A DNA stretch of 64,000 bases from Eledone cirrhosa (GCA_964016885.1 OZ024742.1:30938001-31002000); one strand, 5' to 3'; counted from the stretch's first letter, positions 11,891-28,926 are shown. The notes: a model not told the origin generated them from the sequence alone. A program made the numbers and translations.

Positions 11891-14199
11891 GTCACAGATA
11901 GAAGATAAGCAAATGGGAGGGAGAGAGAGAAAGAAGGTAACATTTTTAGAAATAGAATAATTTTACAAAGAACCAACCCTTGCAGTTGATTTGACTTTCC
12001 CCTCCCACCAAAATTGTTGGTCTTGTGCCTGAATCAGAAACCATTATTATCATCATAAGGGCAGTGGATTGGCAGAATCGGTAGAGCGTTGGACTATATG
12101 CTTTACAGTATTTAGTTATGGCCCTTTATGTTCTGAGTTCAAATCCTGCAGCGGTTAGCCTTTCATCCTTACGGGGGTTGATAAAATAGAGCAATGCTCT
12201 GGGCTGATTTAATCGACTTTCAAGTCCACCAAAATTGCTGGCCTTGTGCCAAAATCAGAAACCGTTATTATAAAGAATAAATAAATAAATTACTATTATC
12301 ATGATGTTTGCAGTCTTTCTATCTCCTTAGTTGATTATCTCCCTCTTCTGTTGTTTTTCGATGTTCTGTTGGTGCCATAATTTATTCACACGAGAAAGTA
12401 AGAAACACTCTGTAGACAGAATATATTAAATGGTAAACATGGAAGACAAACCATTTTAGGTCATATAAACATCATTTAATGTTTGTACTCCCTGGTTAAT
12501 TTCATGAGCAGTTCTAGAACAGAGGACACTGGATATCTTGATAGTGACTAGTACAGAAAAGATATGGTCAGTTAAGTCCCTATATCTGGATATCTTCCAT
12601 TTCTCTATAGCAGTTGGTAAGATGAACATTATTATTACTGTAAATTCCATTAATAATTTAACTAATTAATTTGTTCAACTACTGGATTCCATTTGTAATA
12701 ACAGGTCAAGGTCAAAAGTTTTTTTTTTTATTGTTGTTTTTCCACTGCATACTCAGCGAGAAAAGACCAAAGCCTATGACCCCTTGTGGGGTCTCTGAGT
12801 CTGGTGGGAAGAGAAGGAGGAAGGTATCCTCAAACTGGAGTTCTGGTCTGAATGTTTACAACAAATTGGACTCTGCATCCTTCAAAACTTCCATGCCTCC
12901 TGAAATTCACCAACACTACATCCGATATTTCCCTTCCATACAGACACATGCATGTTTGTGTGTGTCTGTATGTATATCATGACTCATACACACTTTACTT
13001 TCCTGACATTTGTACATTATTCTATGTACTATCCATGCACCTTTGATGAGTTGTAGTGCACCTGAGCACACCGGAAGACTTGATAGTGACTAGTACATTA
13101 AAGATGTGGTCAGTAAATCCCTATATCTGGATATCTTCCATTTCTCTATGGCAGTTCTAGGACAAAGGATACTGGAAGACTTGATAGTGACCACTACAGA
13201 AAGAAAGAGGTCATTCAACTCCGTATATTTGGTATTTTTGTATGGTATGGCCCTGTAACTCCTGATGTAGTCATAGGAGTGCCAGATTGACATACAGTGT
13301 TTCTTGGGCATTTTTTAAAGCCTAGCAGAGCCCATCCCAGAGAAGTATAGAGAGTGAGAGAATGGAAGTTAGAAAGAGATATAGAGGAAGGATCGACCTC
13401 AGTAGTTGACTGGTAATTGTTTTTATCGACCTTGAACAGAAAAAAGGCAGGGATGATCACGACGGGATTTGAACTCAGAAAGCAGGAATGAATACCACAA
13501 AGCACAACACTTTATTTGATGTTCTAACAACCCTGCTAATTTGCTGTCTCCAAATTCGCCATTTGGTGGTAATATGGAAACCAATGGAAAAATTCGCCAT
13601 TTGGTGGTAATATGGAAACCAATGGAAAAAACCAATGGAAAAAAAATAATGAAAATTTAAAACAAAAGAAATCTATAAAGAAAAAATAACAACAAAATAA
13701 ACAAAAGTTATCAAAACAATTTAACATGTTTTTTTTTGTATATATATTTTTTGATAAATATTTTAATGTTTTATTTCAATCTAAAAATAACAGCTCACAG
13801 AATTAAATATGTAGCCATGTCTCATTTGGATTCTATTTTACAGATTTGTTATACATTATATATATATATATATATCACACATAGATATATACATACATAT
13901 ATGTGTGTGTGTGTGTATACATTCATATATATATATATCACACACATATATATTATATATTGTTTATTATATATATCAAAAGCAAATTGAGCAAATATAC
14001 TGAAAATAATAGCAATTGGTGACATTTTTTTTTACCTTCTCAAAAATATATAGCCTTGCTGGTTGGTGTATAGTTATTGTTTAGAGAAAAAATATCAAGA
14101 AATTGATATTAGAAGTAGGTGTGTGTGTGTGGGGCGACAACTATGGGCTTGTACTTCAGCAAGGTGGTTGTAGTTAGGAATGGTTTTAGTTAGGTGTCA

Positions 14200-14228
14200 G
14201 TCATACACACACATATATATATATACAT

Positions 14229-14259
<31 letters not shown>

Positions 14260-14612
14260 CATACATACACACACACACACACATACATACATACACATAT
14301 ATATACACATACACACATATATACACATACACATACACACATACATATATATATATACATACACACATACATATATATATATACATACACATACATATAC
14401 ACACATACACATACATATATATATATATACATAGACACACATATACACATACACACACCTATATATATACATACACACATACATATATACACATACACAC
14501 ATATATACACATACACACATATATACACATACACACATATATACACATACACACATATATATATATATATACATACACACATACATATATACACATATAT
14601 ATATATACATAT
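14200..14612. repeat. (CA)/(TA)/(CATA) compound microsatellite
   Basis: Directly visible. Confidence 0.95.
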
Positions 14613-15146
14613 ACCTATTACATTATAACCATGATTAGATTGTCATTATTATATGAAAGCAGGGGGAGTTGCAAGAATTGCAGTGTGTTGGATGTCTTGT
14701 GGGTATTTAGTTGTATTTATTTAACTTTGCTGGTGTTCATTTAGTTGATAGTAGTGGTAGTAGTAGTATTTTTATATACAGTGTCCCAAAAAAATGCATA
14801 CACATCTATTAGAATGTTGTTTAAGTACATTCTTTTACCTGTTCCAGCCATCTGGCTGAGGCCATGCTGGGGCACAGCCTGTATATATATAGATATATCT
14901 TCACATATTATATGTCATCATATATTATATATCTTCACATATTTATATATCCCATATATTTATATATCCCACATATCTATATCTTCACATGTATATAATC
15001 ACACATTGGTTTACATATCTTCACATATATATCTGTGAAGGTAAATAAATATCTTCACATATTTATATACCGGGCTATAGAAAATGTTTCTACTATCACC
15101 TCGGTAACTAAACTATATCATCACATATTTATACACCTTCACACAG

Positions 15147-15182
<36 letters not shown>

Positions 15183-16888
15183 TCATCACCGTTTTACGTC
15201 CGTTCTTCCATGCTAGCATGGGTTAGATGGGTTGTCCTGTTGTGGGCAGTGTTGGTCGGCTGACCATGCCTTGCTCATACAGGAACTGATATCTTCACAT
15301 ATATGTCATCAGACATTAGTTTATATAGACTAACAACAAAAATACTATCACTAAAGTAATACTAGACCCATCTCTGCCATTGAAGTGAGAGTTGTAGTTA
15401 GTTGACTGAGTCTGAGATAGCAACAGCAACAACAACAATAACAACAGCAATGATCAGGTATGCCAACAAGACAAGCAAAACCAATATCACCAATAAAAGG
15501 ATAACATACTCTGAAGTCAACTACTGCTGCTGCTACTGCTACTACTACTACTACTACTACTACAAGGCATTGTAAAATATTGAAGTAATGACAACATATC
15601 TCTATTTTCTTCATAACCCTTTTAATACTAACCTACCTGAAACCACTGCAGGTTCTATGACAAAACTGTTAATTTAACTAAAAACCCTTTCCATTATTAT
15701 TTCATGTAATAACCTTTGTTAAGTTATGTTCCAAACACCAACTTAATAACGAGAACGATAGTTATATTACTAAATCTCTCGAAATTCTTGATTATTTGAA
15801 AAATTATTTGAAAAATCATAGGCAGTGTGTACATATGTGGAAGTGTGTGTATATGTGAGTGTGTGTGAAGATATTTTAGTGTGTATGACATGTACATATA
15901 TGGAAGTGTGTATGTGTGTGTATATGTGAGTGTGTGTGTGTGTGTGAAAATATTTTAGGGAGTATGATGTGTACATATGTGGAAGTGTGTGTATGTGTGC
16001 ATATGTGGGAATGTGTGTGTGTGTGAGTGTGTTTAGACTGTGTGTGTGTTGGTGTGGTTATCAACAGAAGTGTGAATATATTCATGTTGGTGTGTACATA
16101 TGTGGGTGAGTGTGTATGTTGGTGTGTACAGTAGTAGGAGTGTGTGTATGTTGATGTGTGTGTGTACAGTAGTAGGAGTGTGTGTATGTGTACAGTAGTA
16201 GGAGTGTGTGTATGTTGATGTGTGTGTGTACAGTAGTAGGAGTGTGTGTATGTGTACAGTAGGAGTGTGTGTATGTGTGTGTGTGTGTGTGTACAGTAGT
16301 AGGAGTGTGTGTATGTGTACAGTAGTAGGTGTGTGTGTATGTAGGAGTGTGTGTGTATGTGTGTGTATGTAAGTGCATGATAGAGACAGCACATCCAAAT
16401 ATTTTGAAATGTAAAAAATAAGCCAAGACACCAATGTGTGTGTGTGTGTGTAAAAAACAATACATGACAGCAATGTTTGTGGATATCTGTGTGTGTGGTG
16501 TGTGGTGTGTGTGTGTGTGTGTTAGTGGGCACTAATATGTATGTATATCAATTTCTCTGTATATGTATATATATATATATCACAGTGTGTGCATATACAT
16601 ATATATCACTCTGTAGGTGTGTATCAGTATATACATATGTGTGTGTATGTACATGTCACTGTGTGTGAGTGTGCTTCACAAAATATATGTGTGTCTGTGT
16701 TTATCTATATATATATCTAAGTTAAGATAGTAAAAATTGACACAGTCCCTTGGCCTAATGGTCAAGACCCTAGCCAGTATCTGAGAGATACGGGGTTCAA
16801 TTCCTCATAATGGCTGATGACAACTTCTTTTTCCATCTTTAAGTGTCTTCACCCTATTTTATAGATCTCTCTACATGAGCACATCATT

Positions 16889-19177
<2,289 letters not shown>

Positions 19178-19178
<1 letters not shown>

Positions 19179-20120
19179 ATCATCATCATCATCACCGTTT
19201 TACGTCCGTTCTTCCACGCTAGCATGGGTTAGACGGGTTGTTCTGTTGTGGGCAGTGTCTGGTCGGCTGACCATGCCTTGCTCATACAGGAACTGATCTG
19301 GCTTGATTTCTACAGCTGGATGCCCTTCCTAACACCAACCTCATTTACAGTGAGTGCTGGGTGCTTTTTCGTGGCGCCTACACGTCCACTTTACAGTGTG
19401 GGCTGGGTGCTTTTTTGCCGTGGCACCTCCACGACCACCTTGCGGTGGGGGGGGGGGGGCATATTGTTTATATGCTTCAGCATGTACCCATGGGAGGGCG
19501 GGTACCCTGTATTACTGCATGACGCCAAAAGTCACGGTCGTGTGTCATTGACTTTGAGAGGTGTAGTTGGGTAAGGTCGGCTTTTATCACCTCATCCCAA
19601 GTCATCTTGGGTCTCCCCACTCCGCGGTTTCCATCAACTTCTAGTGCTCTGCACCTTTTTATGCAGCTGTCATCCTTCATACGCATCACATGTCCATACC
19701 AGCGTAACCGCCTCTCCTGCATGCAGCATTTGATTGCTCTTATGCTCAGTCTCTCTCTCAATTCCTTTATGCTTTGTCGTTCACGTATATTACTGTTACA
19801 CATCCATCGGAGCATGCAGGCTTCGTTTCTCTCTAATCTACGTAAGTCTTCCACCTTCAGCGCCCAGGTCTCACTACCATGCAACATCGCTGTTCGGATA
19901 CACGCATCATACAGTCTGCCTTTCATTCTGAGGGAGAAGCCTTTTGCAGCTAGCAGTGGTAGTAGTTCCCTAAACTTCTTCCATCCCGTTCTTACCCTAG
20001 TTATTGTACTTTCTGAGCACCCACCTCCGTTGCTAATTCGGTCACCTAGGTAGCAGAAGCTGTCTACTGTTTCTACAGGGCCCTCCCAGAGATTGGTGGT
20101 ACTTGTTTCCTGTGGCTGTT
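19178..20120 (-). mobile_element. RTE LINE 3' fragment, subfamily shared with 47622-48650
   Basis: [10 protein letters not shown]...[16 protein letters not shown]...[10 protein letters not shown]...WYGHVMRMK; (GAT)n tail; bounded by TA tracts on both sides. Confidence 0.92.
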
Positions 20121-20445
20121 TATATATATGTATATATACATATATATATATACATATATATATATATGTATATACATATATATATATACATATGTATATA
20201 CATATACATATGTATATACATATATATATATATATACATATATATATACATATATATATACATATACATATACATATATATATACATATACATATATATA
20301 TACATATACATATATATATACATATATATATACATATATATATACATATACATATATATATACATATATATATACATATACATATATATATATACATATA
20401 TATATACATATACATATATATATATACATATATATATACATATAC

Positions 20446-20508
<63 letters not shown>

Positions 20509-20513
20509 CATAC

Positions 20514-20544
<31 letters not shown>

Positions 20545-20599
20545 CATACATATATATATATACATACATATATATATACATATATATATATACATATAC

Positions 20600-20644
<45 letters not shown>

Positions 20645-20723
20645 CATATACATATACATATACATATATATATATACATATACATATACATATATACATA
20701 TACATATACATATACATATATGA

Positions 20724-21056
20724 TGGAGGCACATGGCTTAGTGGTTAGAGCATTGGCCTTGCAATCGAAAGGTTGTGAGTTCAATTCTCAGACCGGGTGA
20801 TGTGTTGTTTCCTTGAGCAAGACACTTTATTTCACATTGCTCCAGTTTACTCAGCTGTAGAAATGAGATGATAGGGACTGGGGTCCCTATCATTCCACTG
20901 CAAAGTGGTCGTGGAGGTGCCACGGCAAAAAAGCACCCAGCACTCACTGTAAATGAGGTTGGTGTTAGGAAGGGCATCCAGCTGTAGAAATCAAGCCAGA
21001 ATCAGTTCCCGTCCCACCCTTGCAAGCAGGAAAAAACGGACGTAAAATGATGATGA
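20724..21056 (+). mobile_element. tRNA-derived SINE with RTE-derived 3' tail (second copy ~26826-27155, minus strand)
   Basis: A box TGGCTTAGTGG, B box GAGTTCAATTC, body CCTTGAGCAAGACACTTT. Tail GGTTGGTGTTAGGAAGGGCATCCAGC...GGACGTAAAATGATGATG is shared with the local RTE LINEs. Confidence 0.88.
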
Positions 21057-21234
21057 TATACATATATATATATACATATACATATATATATACATATATA
21101 TATATATATACATATATTATATACATATATATATATACATATATATACATATATACATATATTATATACATATATATATATACATATATATACATATATA
21201 TATATGTATATACATATATATATATATACATATG

Positions 21235-21320
<86 letters not shown>

Positions 21321-21326
21321 CATACA

Positions 21327-21724
<398 letters not shown>

Positions 21725-21739
21725 CATATATATACATAC

Positions 21740-21770
<31 letters not shown>

Positions 21771-21777
21771 CATATAT

Positions 21778-21808
<31 letters not shown>

Positions 21809-21823
21809 CATATATATACATAC

Positions 21824-21854
<31 letters not shown>

Positions 21855-21869
21855 CATATATATACATAC

Positions 21870-21988
<119 letters not shown>

Positions 21989-21989
21989 C

Positions 21990-22042
<53 letters not shown>

Positions 22043-22043
22043 C

Positions 22044-22228
<185 letters not shown>

Positions 22229-22305
22229 CATATGCTAAAAAAACTGTAATATTTGCAGTTTTTTTAGCATATCTAAATGCATAGATAAGTATTTTATAAG
22301 GTGGC

Positions 22306-22338
<33 letters not shown>

Positions 22339-22370
22339 AGATCAAAAGATGGTTAAAGGAGTTCCATGTA

Positions 22371-22436
22371 TTTTATTATGCGCATTTCAAAAACAAACAT
22401 CATCATGCAATAATATTTGTGTTTTCATCAGATTTC
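22371..22436 (-). ncRNA. Hammerhead-like fold inside inverted repeat 22332-22374 / 22442-22484
   Basis: Minus strand: CTGATGA-AAACA...TGTTT-tt-GAAAT-GCGC-ATA. Palindromic stem III loop, AUA triplet, stem I only ~2 bp. Confidence 0.5.
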
Positions 22437-22568
22437 ATAATAAAATACATGGAACTCCTTTAACCATCTTTTGATCTTATATTATGCATACTCCAGTCCT
22501 ACAAACTGTAGAGTGCTTCTTATCCGATATCTGCATTGCTTTATTGTGCTACAATAAAACTCACCTCC

Positions 22569-22612
<44 letters not shown>

Positions 22613-22637
22613 TGTATATATATACTATCACATATAT

Positions 22638-23158
22638 AGAGGGGGAGGGGAAAGAGAGGAGAGAGGGGGGAGAGAGGAGAGGAGAGGGGGGAGAGAGGGG
22701 CGAGAGAGAGAGAGAGGAGAGGGGAGAGGAGAGGAGAGAAGAGAGGACGGGGGAGAGAGAGGAGAGGACGGGGGAGAGGAGAGGAGAGGAGGGGGGAGGA
22801 GGGGAGAGAGGAGATGAGGGGAGATAGAGAGAGGAGGGGAGAGAGAGGAGGGGGAAGAGAGAGAGGAGGGGGGAAGAGAGAGAGGAGGGGGGAAGAGAGA
22901 GAGGAGGGGAGAGAGAGAGAAGGGGAGAGGAGAGAGGAGGAAGAGAGGAGAGAGGAGGGAAGAGAGGAGAGAGGAGGGAAGAGAGGGGAGAGGGGAGAGG
23001 AGAGAGAGGAGAGGAGAGAGGAGAGGAGAGAGGAGGACGAGAGGAGAGAGGAGGACGAGAGGAGAGAGGAGGAGGAGAGGGTGAGGAGGAGGAGAGGAGA
23101 GAGAGAGGAGAGAGGGAGGAGAATGAGAGAAGAGAGAAGAGGGAGATAAGGAGGAGGA
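22638..23158 (+). repeat. ~520-bp polypurine (GA/GGA-rich) tract immediately 3' of the LZIC stop codon
   Basis: Almost exclusively G and A on the plus strand. Confidence 0.95.
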
Positions 23159-23167
23159 TTGAACTGT

Positions 23168-23223
23168 TCATTTATTTGCCTGTTGAACTTGGCTCCCAGC
23201 AACTTTCAATGCAGCCCCGCCAC
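23168..23223 (-). CDS. LZIC: LZIC terminal coding exon (GGGAALKVAGSQVQQANK*)
   Basis: Strong acceptor ttttctttttctccaccag, phase 1 fits exon 4, TGA at 23170-23168. Total CDS is 570 nt = 189 aa, close to the ~190 aa of vertebrate LZIC. Confidence 0.85.
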
Positions 23224-24746
23224 CTGGTGGAGAAAAAGAAAATATTAAAAAACCAGTAAACAATAGGACTAGAAATAATGAAATTCCCCCCAAATTAATA
23301 AATTAATAAATATGGTTTCTGATTTAGGCACAAGGGCAACAATTTTGGGGGAAGGAGAAAGTCGATTAAATTGACCCCAGAGTGTTACTGGTACTTTATG
23401 TTATCGACTCTGTAAAGATGAAAGGCAAAGTTGACCTCAGCAGGGTTTGAAATCAGAACATAAAGGGCCGTAACTCTATACTACAAGTACTTTATCCCTT
23501 TAGCATTCATATTACTTTATATTTACTATTGTATTTTCACAGTAAAGGCTTTATCTTATATAATTATCGGGTAATTGCTGGCCTTGTGCCTAACGTAGAA
23601 ACAATTATATTGAATCTAAAGGTGGATTGCCATGCTTTGACACACAGAGTTACGGCCCTTGCCATTCTGAGTTCAAATCCCGCCAAGGTTAACTTTGCCT
23701 TTCATCCTTACGGGGTCGATAAAATAAAGTACCAGTAATACACTGGGTAATTGCTGGCCTTGTGTCAAAAGTAGAAACAATTATATTGAATCTAAGAGAT
23801 TTTGATGTTAGTTATTTTGAGAACAATATCTTAATGTAGGTATGAGCAGCCAGTTACAGCCGGTTTGAACAGAAAGAGGTGAGAGAGTTCTGGCCAGATA
23901 TAGCTGGTTTAAATGCTAAAGGATTAAAATAAAATAATTGTTTCAACTTATGGCACCAAGCCGGCAATTTGAAGGGAAGTGGGGTAAGCTGATTGAATCG
24001 ACTCCAGTGTGTTACTGGTATTTATTTTACCAACCCCACAAAGATGAAAGGCAAAACTTATCTTGGCAGGATTTGAACTCAGAATAATTGGTTCTACTAT
24101 TGGCACAAGGCCAACAATTTCGAGGAAGGGGAAGGTACTGGTTCTTTATTTTATCGACCCCATAAAGATGAATGGCAAAGCTAACCTTGGTGGGATTTGA
24201 ACTCAGAACATAAAGGACCATATCTAAATACCACAAAGCATGTTGTCTGATGCTCTACCGATTCTGCTAACCTACTGCCCTTATCTTAAATAGAATAATG
24301 GTTTCTGATTTAGGCACAAAGCCAACAATTTTTAGGAGAGGGAAAATGGCTGGATATGGCCGGTTTAAATGCTAAAGGGTTAAATGATGCTCTACTGATT
24401 ACTATAAAAAAATTAGAATACACAGCTAACCCTCCACTTTTACATATCAAAGTTAGCTTGGCGCAAGTAACTGGAATTGAAAAGTTATACATACAGGTAT
24501 TAAATTAAAACATTCTAATCATCCTAAAACTAAAAAACCCATCTGAGGGCACAAATAAATTGCTACGGCCATTGCTGGAGGGGCCGCCACTACAGGGGGC
24601 CTGGGGCAATTGCCCCTCCCCATCCCCATTAAATCTGGCCCTGCCAAGACCCTCAACTAATACAACATCACACACAACAGTCACCCATCTCAGAGTTTCA
24701 ACTAACACAACAAAACAACCAAGGACAATAGACAAATGTGATCTAC

Positions 24747-24924
24747 CTATCGTCATGGCAACTTTCTCAAACTGTTTCATTGAGGCGCTTGAGTTACTCT
24801 GTAGGTAATTGGCTTCATCTGTAGTGAGGTTCTCCCCCAAATTCTTCAAAGCTGTCAGAATCTCCACAGTCTGTTGTGTGGCAGTGTCAGCAGGGATTTT
24901 ACCAATTTTAGCATCACGTTGAAT
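24747..24924 (-). CDS. LZIC: LZIC coding exon 4 (IQRDAKIGKIPADTATQQTVEILTALKNLGENLTTDEANYLQSNSSASMKQFEKVAMTI), ICAT-like domain
   Basis: Polypyrimidine tract plus acag acceptor, donor GTAGAT, 178 nt. Carries the VEILTALxxLGExLT motif of the ICAT/CTNNBIP1-like domain. Confidence 0.95.
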
Positions 24925-25669
24925 CTGTCTCAGAGAGAAGAAATGAAACAAAACAGTAAAAGAGACAGCTAAATATGCCAACATTACCTCACATCCTGAT
25001 GATGGGACTGTGAAAAAACAAATCTGGAAGGAAACGTTGATAAATTTAGGTTACTATTTTTTCAAACTGCAAAACTCATGAAAACATTGAAAAACCTTAG
25101 AAGAATGAAACTAGAACATATTTCTGCTCTTTCTTTCTCTCTCTTTCCACACACACATATATCTATACAAGGTGTCCCCCCAAAATATATACACACTTTG
25201 ATTACCTGTACAGGCAATATTTATTAGAATGCACAGCCTTTTTCAAAAATAAAATGATCTACAGATATAATTCAATTGTATGTAAACACCCAAAAATGTT
25301 TATATACAATTATTGTTTCTACTTTTGACACAAGGCCAGCAATTACACAGTGCATTACTGGTACTTTATTTTATCGACCCCGTAAGGATGAAAGGCAAAG
25401 TTAACCTCGGTGGGATTTGAACTCAGAATAGCAAGGGCCGTAACTCTATGCGTCAAAGCATGCCGTCCGACCCTCTGCCAATCCAAATGCATATAAAACA
25501 ATTTATATAATGCATTTTTTTTTTGCTGTTGAAGTGTATACATTTGTTGGGACACCCTGCATATATATATATACACACACACACACACAAATAAAAAAAA
25601 AAAAAAATATATATATATGAAAACAGGGAGAAAAAGACGATTATTAGGAAGAAAATATATTTTTTTCCC

Positions 25670-26425
25670 TTGGGCGTGTGCAGAGGATATACGCAGACTG
25701 GAGAGAAACGAAGCTTGCATGCTCCGCTGGATGTGTAATAGTAACATATGTGAACGGCAAAGCATAAACGTACTAAGGGAGAAATTAGAAATAAGAGGGA
25801 TCAGATGTTGTTTACTCGAGAGAAGACTACGTTGGTATGGTCACGTGATGCGCATGAAAGACGACAACTGTATAAAAAAGTGCAGGGCAATAAAAATAGA
25901 CGGTAGCCACGGAGTAGGCAGACCCAGAAAAACCTGGGACGACTTGATAAATTCCGACCTCACACACTTACACCTCTCCAAGACAATGTCACTGGACCGA
26001 GAGCTTTGGCGCTACACAGTAATAGAGAAGACCCGCCTTACCTAAGTACAAAGTGAAACCTACTACAGTCAGTAGGCACCTCTAACAAAATACACCCCGT
26101 CCCACTACCCCCACCCCATCCACACCACCCCTTCAATGTAAAGTTATGTTGGTGTCACAACATCCAGCCCGAAACAAATGAGGTCGTGTAGGTGTCACAA
26201 CAAAAAAACACACAGTCCACGCTGTAATGTGGCCGTGTAGGCAACACGGTAAAAACCTCCCAGTTCCACACTGTAAATGTGGTTGGTGTTAGGAAGGGCA
26301 TCCAGCCGTAGAAAACCCGCCAGACAGTCCTATGCGAGCAAGACAACCACTCTTGCCTCAAGTAGGAAAACCCCCGTCCAAACCCATGCAAGCGTGGAAT
26401 ATGGACGTTAAACGATGATGATGAT
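25670..26425 (+). mobile_element. RTE LINE 3' fragment (same subfamily at 36398-37317; 3'UTR copy at ~30468-30928, minus)
   Basis: [20 protein letters not shown]...[14 protein letters not shown]; 3'UTR and (GAT)n tail. Confidence 0.92.
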
Positions 26426-26719
26426 ATATATGTATATATATATATATATGTATATATAAATTGTCAAGAAGGCTGATGGTGCCTTAGTATCACTCAGCAA
26501 GACATTTGTCATCCGCTCTCCAGCTATCTAATTAAAGCTCTATATAGCTATGGTGCAGCCACACTTAGGGGTTCCAGACTAGTGATGCAAATTCTATCTT
26601 GTTCAGAACATTGACCTCCTGGAAACTGTTCAGAAACGTGCACCTTTGATGAGTTGTAGTGCACCTGAGCACTGTACACATTATTATTATTATTATTACA
26701 TATATATATATATATATAT

Positions 26720-28790
26720 AAATTTCCCGCCAAACCATAAATACCATCAAATTTTAAATAGATCAACGGTCAAATTTTCCTACTCCACTACCAAAAATAT
26801 ACAACAAAATATAAGTGCCTACATTCATTTCATTTTACGTCCACTTTTCCCTGCTTGCAAGGGTGGGACGGGAACTGATTCTGGCTTGATTTCTACAGCT
26901 GGATGCCCTTCCTAACACCAACCTCATTTTACAGTGAGTGCTGGGTGCTTTTTTGCCGTGGTACCTCCACGACCACTTTGCAGTGGAATGATAGGGACCC
27001 CAGTCCCTTTCATCTCATTTCTACAGCTGAGTAAACTGGAGCAATGTGAAATAAAGTGTCTTGCTCAAGGAAACAACACATCACCCGGTCTGAGGATTGA
27101 ACTCACAACCTTTCGATTGCAAGGCCAATGCTCTAACCACTAAGCCATGTGCCCCCAATGCATATAAATGTAAAAAAACCATGAATATACCACCAACACA
27201 TCAAAATAACCATAATACTAAAATAAACTGCAACAAACCACCATCTCCTTCACATATAGTAAGTCGAGTAAATTCCACACCAAATTTGACTAACTCCCCT
27301 GATATAATATTCACGAACGGTTGTAACTGTAGAAACAAAGGAAATTGCCAATTAAAAGGAAATTGTCTTATTAATAACATAGTATATAAATGTAAGATTA
27401 GCACTAAGGACTCAACTTATTTTTATATAGGAGCTACTTCTAACCAATTTAAAGTAAGATTTAATACCCACAAACATAGTTTTAAAAATGCAGTATTAGC
27501 TAATACAACATCCTTGGCTGAAATTATTAATAATTATAGAAAAAAGAATATCGATTATAACCTGACCTGGAGAGTGCTCAAAAGGGCCACCCCTTATCAA
27601 AATAGCAGATATGAGTGTAGATTATGTTCCCAGGAACTTTTTGAAATAATGAATTCTAAGGATATCCTATTAAATAAGCGATAAGAATTAATTATATCGT
27701 GCAATCATAGAATTAGAAGAACTTTCAAATATTATAAACCTAATTAATATACACCTTACACTTATACTTTACAAATTATTATAATTAGTTTTTTTAATTT
27801 AGTTTACCTATAATTAGTATTTTATTACTGAGAACTTCATAATTTTATTTCTCTTTTACAGCTCTCTTTTCCTAAAATTAATACCTATAAGTATACATAT
27901 AAACTATTTTAATTTCCTGTTATGAATCTAAATTCCTTGTAGTCTATATAAGTTTGTTATTTCTCACTAATACATTTATCCCCCACATTTTTTTTCCTTA
28001 GTTTTTAACAACATTCTTTAATAACATCTAACTCTTATTTATCACATCTATATGAATAAATATAAATTTATCCCTATAAGTATACCTATCAATTAAATTA
28101 ATTTAATTTCTTGTTATAGATCTAAATTCCTTATATTTTAAATAAGATTGATATTTCTCACTAACACATTTAGCCTAAAATTTTATTCTCCTTCGATTTT
28201 AACATTAGCATTATTCTTTAATAACATCAAATTGTCATGTACATTTCACCAGCTTGACCTCTTTTCATCCCCAAAGTAATCCTTTCATTCAAAATAGTCT
28301 TTCCATTCAAAACTTAAGTCTGCATTCCTCTACCCCTAAATTAAATTTCTACTACTACTATTCTATCAACTTGATCACTTACTACTTTTCTATTGGTCAA
28401 TTCAAAACCTGTTCCCAAACAGACCTATTATATTAAATCTTTGTTGGTTTTTTCCAATAAACAAATATCATTATTTCTGAGGACAGCATATATATGTGTA
28501 GGTATGTATATTTCCCCTGATAGTTTGTAAAATTTTTACATAGATCTATATGATATACATACCAACAAATACATATATATCCTAGAAACGATCATAAAAT
28601 GATGAATTTTTTAATATAAGGAACTGTTTCTTTGTTTTTATTCATTGTTTTTATTAATTTATCTTGACTCTGTTTTCCTGTGATTTTCATTGAAAAAAAT
28701 TTTTGAATACATCATCTCTTTTCATGATATTTGGATTACATTGAGTTCTTCATACGGATTGGGCACTACCGTATACTTTGGTAGATTTAT
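26720..28790 (+). mobile_element. Penelope-like element 3' part: GIY-YIG endonuclease plus AT-rich 3' region, interrupted by a SINE
   Basis: CNCRNKGNCQLKGNCLINNIVYKCKI...YIGATSNQFKVRFNTHKHSF...CRLCSQELFEI, with a premature stop. Same family as 55570-57035. Confidence 0.88.
28468..28605 (+). ncRNA. Type I hammerhead fold in the Penelope 3' region
   Basis: tcattattt-CTGAGGA-long stem II insert-GAAAC-GATC-ATA-aaatgatga. 9-bp stem I, palindromic GATC loop, C-A mismatch in stem III (likely decayed). Confidence 0.65.
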
Positions 28791-28926
28791 CTACATATAT
28801 ATATATATATCTCTCATCATTGTTTAAACGTCCATCTTCCATACTAGCATGGGTAAGACAAGTGACCATATCTTGCTCATATAGAACTGTTTCTGGCTGG
28901 TTTTCTACGGCTGGATGCCCTTCCTA

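Noticed and set aside
9570-15420. Scattered possible minus-strand exons (~9575-9650, ~12327-12412, ~15330-15410)
   Set aside because: Splice signals are weak or unpaired, the peptides are unrecognisable, and no consistent frame chain could be built.
16745-16816. tRNA-like sequence (TGGCCTAATGG...GGTTCAATTCC)
   Set aside because: Acceptor and anticodon stems do not pair convincingly. Probably a decayed SINE head or pseudo-tRNA.
20724-20800. tRNA gene
   Set aside because: A and B boxes are present, but the sequence continues into a SINE body and RTE tail and has a second copy at ~27155. It is a SINE head.
22482-23202. Ser/Pro/Leu-rich or Glu/Arg/Gly-rich ORFs
   Set aside because: They are translations of the polypurine tract. 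The real LZIC frame stops at 23168.
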